Source: Deltaproteobacteria bacterium
Lineage (GTDB): Bacteria; Desulfobacterota; Binatia; DP-6
Length of the DNA: 33,020 bases
Assembly: GCA_005879205.1 (NCBI GenBank)
Contig: VBLD01000086.1
Location: forward strand, 1-33,020
Direction of reading: 5' to 3'
A program made the translations under genes and the position numbers. Below the pieces are notes generated by a model, which made no database searches, had not been told where the DNA came from, and saw nothing but the letters and a program-made list of their open reading frames with translations. Positions 1-9,103 of this stretch are shown here, in pieces. Each line of letters opens with the position of its first letter. The stretch's first letter is position 1.

Positions 1-434
1 AGTTCTGGCAGGTCCCCCGCTTCCGCGGCGACCCGCCCGCCGACTACCCGACGGACCCGGTCGCCGAGCGCGACGGGATGCGTTTGCGGGCGAGCCACCT
101 GGCCCTCACCGTGCGGTCGATCGACGACACGCTCGCCTGGTTCCGGCGAACGTTCCCCATCGAGGTGTCCGAGGCGAAGCGACGGAGCGCGGACGGCGCG
201 GGGGAAACCCTTGCGCTGCGGCTGGCGGGCTACCCGCTCGAGCTCGTCGAGGCCTCCGGCGGAGGCCAGGGCTTCCGTCACCTGGCCATCGACGTCGAAC
301 CGCTCGCTCCCTTCCTGGCGCAGCTCGAAGCCGAAGGCCTGCGGGTCGAGCGGAGCGCGGGGCCTGCGCTGGTCGAGCTCGATGGCGCCACCCTGCTGCT
401 TCGCGAGTGCACGGGCCTCGGACGTCGGGCCTGA
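1..434 (+). CDS. VOC/glyoxalase-family protein, 5'-truncated (probably tandem VOC domains)
   Basis: The frame of ORF 78..434 stays open to the window edge and reads (E)FWQVPRFRGDPPADYPTDPVAERDG-MRLRASHLALTVRSIDDTLAWF...LELVE...FRHLAIDV. HLAL-x-V, LELVE and HLAI-x-V are VOC beta-alpha-beta motifs, and the EFW at the edge looks like the end of a preceding VOC domain. Confidence 0.7.
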   Translation, partial: FWQVPRFRGDPPADYPTDPVAERDGMRLRASHLALTVRSIDDTLAWFRRTFPIEVSEAKRRSADGAGETLALRLAGYPLELVEASGGGQGFRHLAIDVEPLAPFLAQLEAEGLRVERSAGPALVELDGATLLLRECTGLGRRA

Positions 435-437
435 TCG

Positions 438-1145
438 ATGCCCCTCGGCGCCGTCACTCTCGACGCCGCCGGCACGCTCTTCGAGGTGGCCGAGCCGGTC
501 GGAGCGACCTATGCCCGCATCGCCGCACGGCACGGCATCGGTCTCGCACCCGCGGAGGTGATGCGGCGCTTCCGGGCCGCGCTGGCCGCCGCCCCGCCCC
601 TCGCCTTTCCCGGCGCCAGCCCGGTTCGTCTCGGCGATCACGAGCGCGCGTGGTGGTACGCGGTCGTCCGCCGCGCCTTCGGAGCCGGGGCCACGTCGCC
701 GCAGTTCGACGCGTGCTTCACCGAGCTGTTCGACGTCTTTGCGCAGGCGGCTGCGTGGCGGGTTTTCCCCGACGCCCCCGGGGCGCTGCGCGCGCTTCGC
801 GCCCGCGGCCTGCGCGTCGGGGTCGTCTCGAATTTCGACGGCCGCCTGCTCGGGTTGCTCGAGCACCTCGGCCTCGCCCCGCTCGTCGACCGGACCGTCC
901 ATTCGACGCGGGTCGGGGTCGCGAAGCCCGACCCGGCGATCTTCCACGTCGCGCTCGAGGCGCTCGGCGTTCCGCCTTCCGAAGCGCTGCATGCGGGCGA
1001 CGACGTCATGGCCGACGTCGAGGGCGCGTTGGCCGCCGGCCTGCGCGCCGTGCTGATCGACCGCGAGGAACGGCGAGCCGCGCTACCGCCAGGCGTGCAG
1101 CGCGTCCGGAGCGTCGCGGAGCTCGTGGCCGGGCTCGACTCGTGA
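438..1145 (+). CDS. HAD-IA family hydrolase (REG-2-like)
   Basis: Motif I DAAGTL, motif II SNFD, motif III KPD, motif IV GDD-x3-DVEGA; 235 aa; starts 3 nt after the previous stop. Confidence 0.9.
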   Translation: MPLGAVTLDAAGTLFEVAEPVGATYARIAARHGIGLAPAEVMRRFRAALAAAPPLAFPGASPVRLGDHERAWWYAVVRRAFGAGATSPQFDACFTELFDVFAQAAAWRVFPDAPGALRALRARGLRVGVVSNFDGRLLGLLEHLGLAPLVDRTVHSTRVGVAKPDPAIFHVALEALGVPPSEALHAGDDVMADVEGALAAGLRAVLIDREERRAALPPGVQRVRSVAELVAGLDS

Positions 1146-1146
1146 G

Positions 1147-1305
1147 CTATCCATACACGTCCACCAGAAGGCCGACCGCCTGCGGCGGCTGTCGGTAGTC
1201 GCCCGACGGCGACGGGTCGTCGTCGACCTCCGGCTCGACCGCCGGCGGCAGGACCTCGGGAACGAGAACCAGCCTCGGCGTGCACGGTGCGGGCAACGAC
1301 TCCAT
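1147..1305 (-). CDS. Small 52-aa protein not in the ORF track (MESLPAPCTPRLVLVPEVLPPAVEPEVDDDPSPSGDYRQPPQAVGLLVDVYG)
   Basis: Manual translation from ATG 1305 to TAG 1149-1147. It fills the gap exactly, with its stop abutting the HAD stop at 1145. Codons are mostly GC3-rich. It follows a sigma54 motif, and the C-terminal G-x-x-V-D-V-Y-G resembles the G-x-x-(I/V)-D-x-x-x tail of YjfB-like small proteins. Confidence 0.6.
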   Translation of the reverse strand: MESLPAPCTPRLVLVPEVLPPAVEPEVDDDPSPSGDYRQPPQAVGLLVDVYG

Positions 1306-1319
1306 GCCGGGTAGTGCAA

Positions 1320-1335
1320 CGCATCACGCGTGCCA
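1320..1335 (-). promoter_or_regulatory. sigma54 (-24/-12) promoter for the 52-aa ORF
   Basis: Minus strand reads TGGCACGCGTGATGCG: TGGCAC followed by exact GG-N10-GC spacing, in intergenic DNA directly downstream of a sigma54-type activator gene. Confidence 0.75.
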
Positions 1336-1363
1336 TTCACCGGCAGGACGATTCCGGTCTCCG

Positions 1364-1485
1364 GTGCGCAACGTCCTGCACGCCCGCGCGTACGGGATTT
1401 CCCGCCGGCGCGCGTCAGCGCTGGACCGAGAGGGTGCGCATCCGAGTGCGCAGCGCCGGCCTCGCGGGTGCAGCCGGCTGCGCAC
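1364..1485. promoter_or_regulatory. Candidate upstream activator (enhancer) sites
   Basis: GTGCGCA-N5-CTGCAC at 1364-1381, its inverted counterpart GTGCAG-N5-TGCGCAC at 1468-1485, and further GTGCGCA copies at 1434-1440 and 1446-1452, all upstream of the minus-strand sigma54 promoter. Confidence 0.45.
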
Positions 1486-1493
1486 TCCTCCCG

Positions 1494-3022
<1,529 letters not shown>

Positions 3023-3023
<1 letters not shown>

Positions 3024-3838
3024 CAGGCTCCGGCGACTGCCTCGCACGCGCGCCAGAGCGCGGTCTCGAACGCGGTGACGAGGTGATCGAGGTCGCGGGC
3101 GCCGAGGCGCAGGCGGTCCCAGGCGGACGGCTCGATCGCCGGGATGCGTCGATCGCCGCCGAAGCCATAGCCATACGCCCGCACCAGCGTGTTGGCGACG
3201 TGCACGACGGCGGTTTCGACCGGCGCCGTCGGCGCGCGCTCGGGCGTGTGATGGAAGACGACGGGCTCCAGGAGTCGGGACGGAACGCGCCAGCGTCCGA
3301 GCAGCCAGCCGGCGATCTCGGCATGGTCGACACCGAAGAGCGCCCGCTCGGCCTCGCCGAACCGAACGCCCTCTGACGCCGCGTGTTCCAGGACCGTCGC
3401 GAACGCTGCAGGCGCCTGGCGGTAGAGGACCACCTTCCCGAGGTCGTGCAGGAGGCCCGCGCCCGCGACCTCCTCGGGATGCGGCAGCCCGAGACGGCGA
3501 GCCAGCGTCCCTGCCGCCACCGCCGTGCCGACGGAGTGCTCCCAGAAGCCGCGCAGCTCGATGCGGAGATCGAGGACCGAGGTGCTGTAGACGAGGCTCC
3601 GGGCCACGGTCGTGCCGAGGACGGTGAGTGCCTGCCCCACCGAGGCGATCTTCCCCGAGAGACCGTAGAAGGCGGAGTTGGCGACCCGCAGCAGCTGAGC
3701 GGTGAGCACCTGGTCGGTCTCGATCAGCGCCGCCGCCTCGGCGTGTCCGCCGTCGGGACGGTCGAGCGCGTCGACCACCCGCTGGACGATGGCGGGCAGC
3801 GTCGGCAGCTCGCGCAGCCGCTCGACGCGCCGGCGCAT
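3023..3838 (-). CDS. HDOD domain protein
   Basis: LPTLP, D-x-x-LTAQLLRVANSAFYG, FWEHS, GLLHDLGK, DHAEI-x-x-WL-x-x-W, HH-x-P. Likely ATG at 3838 after a purine-rich GAGGGCGAGGAG; 271 aa. Confidence 0.92.
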
Positions 3839-3852
3839 CTCCTCGCCCTCGG

Positions 3853-4173
3853 TCAGGACGGGTCCCCGGTACGGGCGCTCAGGTGGCGGACGAGGGCGGC
3901 CTTGAGCGCCTCGAGGATCGGATCCGCCGGCTCGCCGGCAAAACGTGCCTCGAGGTCGGCGAGCGCACGAGCCAGATCCTTGTCTTCCTCCCACTCCGCG
4001 ACGTCGTCGCTCTCCACCACCTCGACGCTGCGCACACCGAGCCGGACGAGCGCGCGCACCACGCCGGGACCGAGTGTCGTACCCGCGCCCGCCGCGACGC
4101 GCCCGTCCGCCCCGAGCACGGCACGCGCGAGGTGCATGTTCGGCCTGGCGTGGCCAAGCCGGATGCGAACCAT
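3853..4173 (-). CDS. Small protein resembling the N-terminal module of HD-GYP proteins (DUF3391-like), stand-alone
   Basis: RPNMHLARAV-x4-GRV-x3-AGTTL-x4-VRAL-x2-LGVRSVEV matches the PGM-x-LA-x2-V...G-x2-L...G-x2-L...L-x3-GI-x2-V pattern. It is the first gene of the operon with HDOD and the activator. Confidence 0.7.
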   Translation of the reverse strand: MVRIRLGHARPNMHLARAVLGADGRVAAGAGTTLGPGVVRALVRLGVRSVEVVESDDVAEWEEDKDLARALADLEARFAGEPADPILEALKAALVRHLSARTGDPS

Positions 4174-4179
4174 GCTGAA

Positions 4180-4208
4180 ACGGTAGCGGGCACCCTACCG
4201 ACTCTCAA
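4180..4208 (-). promoter_or_regulatory. sigma70-type promoter, leaderless, for the HDOD/activator operon
   Basis: TTGAGA (4208-4203), 17 nt, TACCGT (4185-4180), 6 nt, ATG 4173; no Shine-Dalgarno. Confidence 0.6.
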
Positions 4209-4305
4209 ACCGAAAACGGGCATCCGTGACCGCTTCTCCGGCGACGTGGCGGAATTGCCGACCCGGAACTACCGCAAAAGCGAGCACGTCGTTGACTTTC
4301 GAGGA

Positions 4306-4321
4306 TGGTACGCGCGTTGCT
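4306..4321 (+). promoter_or_regulatory. sigma54 (-24/-12) promoter for the 71-aa ORF
   Basis: TGGTACGCGCGTTGCT = TGGYAC-N5-TTGCT with GG-N10-GC spacing, intergenic and divergent from the activator operon. Confidence 0.8.
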
Positions 4322-4335
4322 ACGCAATGCACGTG

Positions 4336-4551
4336 ATGGACCGAACGCTCTGCGGAAAGCGATGTCACACGGTTCGCACCGTCGCCCACCATCGTGGACG
4401 CCTGCCACGTGAGACTGCCGGCACGATTCGCTACGCGCTCGAGAACATCGGCCGCACCCTGGTCTTCGTCGACTTCGACTCCGGCCCGTCGCTGATGGTT
4501 CTTCCCGACGACATCAGTCTCGAGGGTCCGGAGAAGACGGTCGAGGGCTGA
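4336..4551 (+). CDS. Small hypothetical protein (71 aa, beta-rich, possibly SH3-like)
   Basis: 3' part of ORF 3883..4551: MDRTLCGKRCHTVRTVAHHRGRLPRETAGTIRYALENIGRTLVFVDFDSGPSLMVLPDDISLEG... The GTI-x8-LVFVDFD-x-G pattern is SH3-like. Alternative starts are 4327 and 4333. Confidence 0.7.
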   Translation: MDRTLCGKRCHTVRTVAHHRGRLPRETAGTIRYALENIGRTLVFVDFDSGPSLMVLPDDISLEGPEKTVEG

Positions 4552-4582
4552 GTCCGAAGCGACGGGTTGCGGCCGAGCGTTG

Positions 4583-5768
4583 TCAGGGCGTGGCGCCGTG
4601 CGTCGTGCGCCCGGACAGCGCCCGGTTCCAGAGCCACGCGAGCCAGCCCGTCGCCTCGACGTCGCGGTCGGCGACGACGGTCACCTTGCCGAGCTCTTCG
4701 TCGCCGCGGCGGATGACGACGTCGCCGAGCGGTTGGCTGCGACGAACCGGCGCTTGCAGCAGCCGAGGGACGCGTGCCTCGACCACGATGCCTCGGTCCT
4801 CGGCGCGCTTGACGAGAACGAGCAGGTCGCCCGTCGCGAGAGCCTTGACGCGATCCTCGGTGCCGCCCGCCACCGGCACCTCGCTCACCACCGCCGCACG
4901 ATGCGCCGCGGCAACCATGCGATAGCTGGCGAACGCCTCGTTCATCAGCCGGGCCGTCTCGGTGAAGCAGCCCTCCTTGGTGAGCACCCCGAGCACGACC
5001 GCGAGCAGCCGGAGGTCGTTGCGCGTCGCGGTGGCGGTGACCGAGAAGCCCGCCTCGTGATAGTAACCGGTCTTCAGGCCGGTCGCCCAGGCCGGTCGCC
5101 CCCGCATACGTGCGCACCAGGTGGTTCGTGTTCGACATCTGCAGGGTGTCGTTGCGGAAGCCGGCGCTCGGCGTACCCGCCCAGCGCATCACCTCCGGGA
5201 ATTTCATGAGCTCGCGACCCAGCACCGCGAGATCGTGTGCGCTCGTGATGTCGGCCGTCTGCCCCTTGCCCGGCGGGAGACCGTGCGGGCTCTGGTAGGT
5301 CGTCTCGGCCAGGCCGAGGGCCTTGGCGCGGGCGTTCATGAGCTCCACGAACGCCGCCGACGTCCCGGCGATGTGCTCCGCCACGGCCACGGCCGCGTCG
5401 TTCGCCGACGCGATCATGATCGCCTTCAGCAGCTCGCCGAGCGGAAACGTCTCCCCCGCCGCCAGGTAGACCTGCGAGCCACCGATACGACTCGCCCAGG
5501 CCGACGTCCGCACCGGCTCGTCGAGCGAGAGCGACCCGTCCTGCACCCGCTCCATGGCAAGCAGCACGGTCATCATCTTCGTCATCGACGCGGGCGGCCA
5601 GCGCCGGTGCGCGTCGCGCTCGGCCAGCACGGTGCCGCTGTCCGCGTCGACGACGAGATACGCCGCCGGCGCGGTTCCCGATTCCGCCTGGTGTGTCCTC
5701 GCCGGGGCCGCGGACGCGACGAGGACGCCCCACGCCACCACGGCTGCGGCTCTTCCTGTTCCCCTCAT
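4583..5768 (-). pseudogene. dacA: D-alanyl-D-alanine carboxypeptidase (peptidase S11, PBP5/6-like), frameshifted
   Basis: Signal peptide, SxxK (SMTK) and SxN (SAN) are in ORF 4431..5768. KTG (LKTGYY) and the PBP5 C-terminal domain are in ORF 4583..5107. Removing one copy of the 13-bp duplication at 5075-5100 restores a single 390-aa frame. Confidence 0.9.
5075..5100. repeat. Perfect 13-bp tandem duplication (CAGGCCGGTCGCC x2)
   Basis: 5075-5087 is identical to 5088-5100, read directly from the sequence. Confidence 0.97.
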
Positions 5769-5805
5769 CCCACTACCTCAGCGCCGCCTCGCGGCGGCAC
5801 GCTCC

Positions 5806-6252
5806 TCAGCGTCCGAGGGCGACGAGCGCTTCGTCGCGCCGGATGAGCTGCTCCGTATCGGCGCGAATCACGTGCCCGCCCCCGTCCAGCTCGCCGTCCA
5901 TCAGGAGTCCGCCGACGTCGCTGGCGCGCCGCAGGAACGCGAAGAAACCCGTGCGCGTCATGCGCTGCGGGACGTAGCCGCGCGCGTTCACCAGGTCGCC
6001 CCACACCGGACCGACGGCGGCGTCGCTCGTCCAGACGAAGAGCGTCCAGCCCCAGTCCCACCGGCCGCCGAGGTACTCGCCGGCATGGCGGCGCACCGGC
6101 GGTCGCCAGAAAACGAGGAAGTCACCCGAACGTCTGAGCGCGGGCAACGCTCCGAGCTGATGGGGCCGAAGGGCCTGCGGGCGGCGCACCGGCCGCACTC
6201 GGCGGCGGGCGGCGAAGTCGACCTCGATGACCTTTGCGCGCGGCTCCGGCAA
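5806..6252 (-). CDS. Hypothetical protein (148 aa, Trp-rich)
   Basis: Fills the gap between co-directional genes with protein-like composition (KVIEVDF, GDFLVFW, WDWGWTLFVWTS). TTG start preceded by TGG-TAGCTT. Confidence 0.6.
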   Translation of the reverse strand: MPEPRAKVIEVDFAARRRVRPVRRPQALRPHQLGALPALRRSGDFLVFWRPPVRRHAGEYLGGRWDWGWTLFVWTSDAAVGPVWGDLVNARGYVPQRMTRTGFFAFLRRASDVGGLLMDGELDGGGHVIRADTEQLIRRDEALVALGR

Positions 6253-6320
6253 GGCGCGCGCAAGCTACCAGCGGCCTCAGCGAAGGTCAACGCGCAGAAT
6301 GAAAAGAAGAGCCCCCAGGG

Positions 6321-6686
6321 TCAGTTGCCGCCGTAGCGCGTGTCGACCTGACCGGCAAGGTGCTCGAGGAGCCGCTGCTCGGCCTGACGGAACGCGAGCG
6401 CACGCAGCATCTCCTGGGTCTGCTGCGCGAGGGGGATCGAGGCGATGACCCCGGCGAGCTCGGCCGGGGACAGCTGGTTGATCGCCGCCTCCATCTCGGC
6501 CAGGGCCTCCTCCGGGAGGGCCCCGACATCCGCCCGCTTCGCGACCTCGAGCGCCGCGTCGAAGCGGTTGGCGAACTGCTCTTTCGCCTCGGCTCGCTCC
6601 TCCGGAGTGCACACGACGTTCAGCTTGCGCGCCGCGGCGTCGAAGAGCCGGTCGAACGCGCCGAGCAACGCCTCGCGACCTGTCAT
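6321..6686 (-). CDS. Hypothetical all-helical protein (121 aa)
   Basis: Strong GC3 codon bias and Ala/Glu/Leu-rich helical composition; preceded by GTGACA-N17-TATCGT-N6-ATG. Confidence 0.8.
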   Translation of the reverse strand: MTGREALLGAFDRLFDAAARKLNVVCTPEERAEAKEQFANRFDAALEVAKRADVGALPEEALAEMEAAINQLSPAELAGVIASIPLAQQTQEMLRALAFRQAEQRLLEHLAGQVDTRYGGN

Positions 6687-6692
6687 TTGGCC

Positions 6693-6780
6693 ACGATAGT
6701 CACGGCCGGGCGTCTTGTCACGCCCCGGCCCACCCGACCCCGGCGCTCGCTTGCCTCGCGCGCCCGGGGCTTGCTACAGC
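6693..6780. promoter_or_regulatory. Divergent pair of leaderless sigma70-type promoters
   Basis: Minus strand: GTGACA (6721-6716), N17, TATCGT (6698-6693), N6, ATG 6686. Plus strand: TTGCCT (6751-6756), N18, TG-c-TACAGC (6775-6780), N7, ATG 6788. Confidence 0.5.
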
Positions 6781-6787
6781 CCGACCG

Positions 6788-8527
6788 ATGGACGGAACGC
6801 GCGGCATGGGCGAGTCCCTCGGCCGCGCCGCCACCGGTCCGGGGGCGGCGCGTGCGGACGGTGGCGCCATCGTCGCCCGCGTGCTCGCTGGCGCCGGCGT
6901 CCGCCACGTGTTCACGGTGAACGGAGGCCACATCTGGCCAATCCTCGCCCACCTGCGCGAGCACGACCTGCAGAAGGTCCACAAGCGTCACAAGCAGTCA
7001 TGCGCGTACGCCGCCGACGGCTATGCCCGCACGAGCGGTCGCCCCGGCGTGCTCTCGGTGACGGCGGGCTGCGGGCTCACGAACGCCGTGACCGGTCTCT
7101 GCGTGGCCGGGCTCGCCGGCAGCGCCGTCGTCTGCATCGCCGGCCAGCACCCCACGACCGAGGATCAGCTCGGCTCCTTCCAGGAGGCCTACGGCGTCGA
7201 GATCTGCCGGACGTTCTCGAAGTTCACGAAACGGGTGCTCGACTGGTCCACCATCGAGGCCGACGTCCGCCTCGCCCTTCGCGCCGCCACGAGTCCGCCG
7301 CCCGGACCCGCGCTCGTCGAGATCCCGACCAACGTCCTCTACCAGGAGGACGACGTGTCGCGGCAGAAGGCCGGCGCGCGCCTGTATCCCATCTCGGAGC
7401 TGCGGAGCGCCGGCGACCCCGCGGCCATCGAACGCGCGCTCGACGCGATCGCGCGAGCCGAGCGGCCGCTGCTGGTCGCGGGCGACGGGATCTTCTGGTC
7501 CGACGCGGCGGCCGAGCTCCTCGCCTTTGCCACCAGGCTCGAGATCCCGGTCTACACGCGGCGCGCGGGCCAGGGCGCCGTTCCCGAGGATCACCCGCTG
7601 GCGGTACGCGGCGCGTGGAAGAAGCCCTTCACCGGCCGCGCGGACGTCGTGCTCGCGATCGGTTTCAAGTTCTGGAGCGGCGAGCACTTCGGATCTCCGC
7701 CGACGTGGAACGCGGCGGCGACGTACGTGCAGATCGATGCGGCACCCGAGCGTATCGGCTGGCACGTGCCCGCCGAGATCCCCGTCGTCGGCGACCCGAA
7801 GCTCGTGCTGCGCCAGCTCCTCGAGGGCGCCGTGGCCCGCGGTCTGGACGGCCGGCGCTACGCCGCGTGGCGCGGCGAGGTGGCCGAGGTTCGTAACGCA
7901 TTCGGCCGGACGCTCGCCGACCAGGCCCGGGCGGTCCGCGACGCCGTGCCCATCCATCCCGCCCGCGTCGTCGAGGAGCTCATCGCCGCGATGGCCCCCG
8001 ACGCCACGCTCGTGGTGGACAGCTTCACGCTCTCCGGCTGGCTCTCGCAGTGGTTCGGGGCTCGCTTCGCCGGGCAGATCGTCGACGCCGGACCCCTGGC
8101 GCCGGTGGGGCACGGCATCGGCATGGGGATCGGCGCCCAGCTCGCACGCCCCGGAAAGCAGGTCGTCGTGGTGATCGGCGACGGCGGGTTCGGCATCGGC
8201 GGCATGGAGCTCGAGACGGCGCTCAAGCACCGCCTGCCGCTGGTGACGCTCCTCTGGAACAACAGCTCGTGGGGCCCGAGCTTCGATCAGATGCCGATGC
8301 TCAAGGGGCGCGTCGACCCCTTCGACATGCTGCCCGAGCTCCGCTACGACCGCATGTTCGAGGCGATCGGCTGCCACGGCGAGCACGTGACCCGCCCCGA
8401 CGAGATCCGTCCGGCGCTCGAGCGCGCCATGGCCGCGGGGAAACCCTCGGTCATCAACGTCATCGGGGATCCGCGCGTCGGTCACGCGCGACTCGGCGGC
8501 AACCTGCTCGGCTCGACGCAGATCTAG
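6788..8527 (+). CDS. Thiamine diphosphate-dependent enzyme (acetolactate synthase / 2-hydroxyacyl-CoA lyase / oxalyl-CoA decarboxylase-like); conserved Glu reads Lys
   Basis: N-terminal PYR domain (GVRHVFTVNGGH, AADGYAR, GSFQE), central domain (ADVVLAIG, QID) and ThDP motif GDGGFG...WNN. RHEQ reads RHKQ (AAG at 6992-6994). Confidence 0.92.
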   Translation: MDGTRGMGESLGRAATGPGAARADGGAIVARVLAGAGVRHVFTVNGGHIWPILAHLREHDLQKVHKRHKQSCAYAADGYARTSGRPGVLSVTAGCGLTNAVTGLCVAGLAGSAVVCIAGQHPTTEDQLGSFQEAYGVEICRTFSKFTKRVLDWSTIEADVRLALRAATSPPPGPALVEIPTNVLYQEDDVSRQKAGARLYPISELRSAGDPAAIERALDAIARAERPLLVAGDGIFWSDAAAELLAFATRLEIPVYTRRAGQGAVPEDHPLAVRGAWKKPFTGRADVVLAIGFKFWSGEHFGSPPTWNAAATYVQIDAAPERIGWHVPAEIPVVGDPKLVLRQLLEGAVARGLDGRRYAAWRGEVAEVRNAFGRTLADQARAVRDAVPIHPARVVEELIAAMAPDATLVVDSFTLSGWLSQWFGARFAGQIVDAGPLAPVGHGIGMGIGAQLARPGKQVVVVIGDGGFGIGGMELETALKHRLPLVTLLWNNSSWGPSFDQMPMLKGRVDPFDMLPELRYDRMFEAIGCHGEHVTRPDEIRPALERAMAAGKPSVINVIGDPRVGHARLGGNLLGSTQI

Positions 8528-8559
8528 GGTGCGGAGAGGGCGCCGCCGCGGCCTCCGCG

Positions 8560-9096
8560 CTATCTTACTTTGACGAACGGGTAGTCGTGGCGGAGCGCGC
8601 GGCCGAGCACGGTGAGGCCGGCTTCGCCGCCCACGGTCTCGATGACCAGGATGTTGTCGGCGTCCTCGAAGTCGACGCGAGGCTTCACGCCGCGCGACTC
8701 GAGGGCTCGCCAGATCGGGTCGGCGACCTCGCGCTCGAGGGTCGGCGAGTGGAGCTGCCCCTTCAGCCCGCGCCGCTCGAGCCGGACGAAGAACGAGCCG
8801 CCGGCCAGGCGGTCGAGAAACGGCTCGGCGGCCTCGGCGAGCGTCGCGGCGGCGTTGCGGGGATCGATCCGCACCGTCTTCTCGATCGGCACGAGCTTGG
8901 CCAGCGAGCTCGGCAGGAAGGGGTCGGTGGCCAGCGCGTCGCGCACCCCGTCCAAGAGCGCGCGCGCGTCATCGACCCGTCCGACGACGACGTTGCGGTA
9001 GCCGGCGCCGCGGAAGCGGCCGAAGCGGCGGAGGAGCCCGAGGAGCGTGTCCCGCTGCCCCTCGAGCGAGGTCGCGAGCACGTTCCAGTCGGCCAT
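8560..9096 (-). CDS. Stand-alone THUMP domain protein
   Basis: SFFVRLERRG, ERE-x-A-x2-I and VDFEDAD-x-ILVIETVG are THUMP signatures, preceded by a ferredoxin-like N-terminal part; no catalytic domain is fused. Confidence 0.8.
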   Translation of the reverse strand: MADWNVLATSLEGQRDTLLGLLRRFGRFRGAGYRNVVVGRVDDARALLDGVRDALATDPFLPSSLAKLVPIEKTVRIDPRNAAATLAEAAEPFLDRLAGGSFFVRLERRGLKGQLHSPTLEREVADPIWRALESRGVKPRVDFEDADNILVIETVGGEAGLTVLGRALRHDYPFVKVR

Positions 9097-9103
9097 CGAG
9101 ACC

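Noticed and set aside
4431-5074. C-terminal part of the 445-aa ORF as a novel domain on DacA
   Set aside because: Out-of-frame read-through caused by the 13-bp duplication; the real C-terminus is in ORF 4583..5107.
8529-8560. Intrinsic terminator between the ThDP enzyme and THUMP genes
   Set aside because: Only a 6-8 bp stem with a large loop and no U-tract; too weak to call, noted only as a possible degenerate repeat copy.
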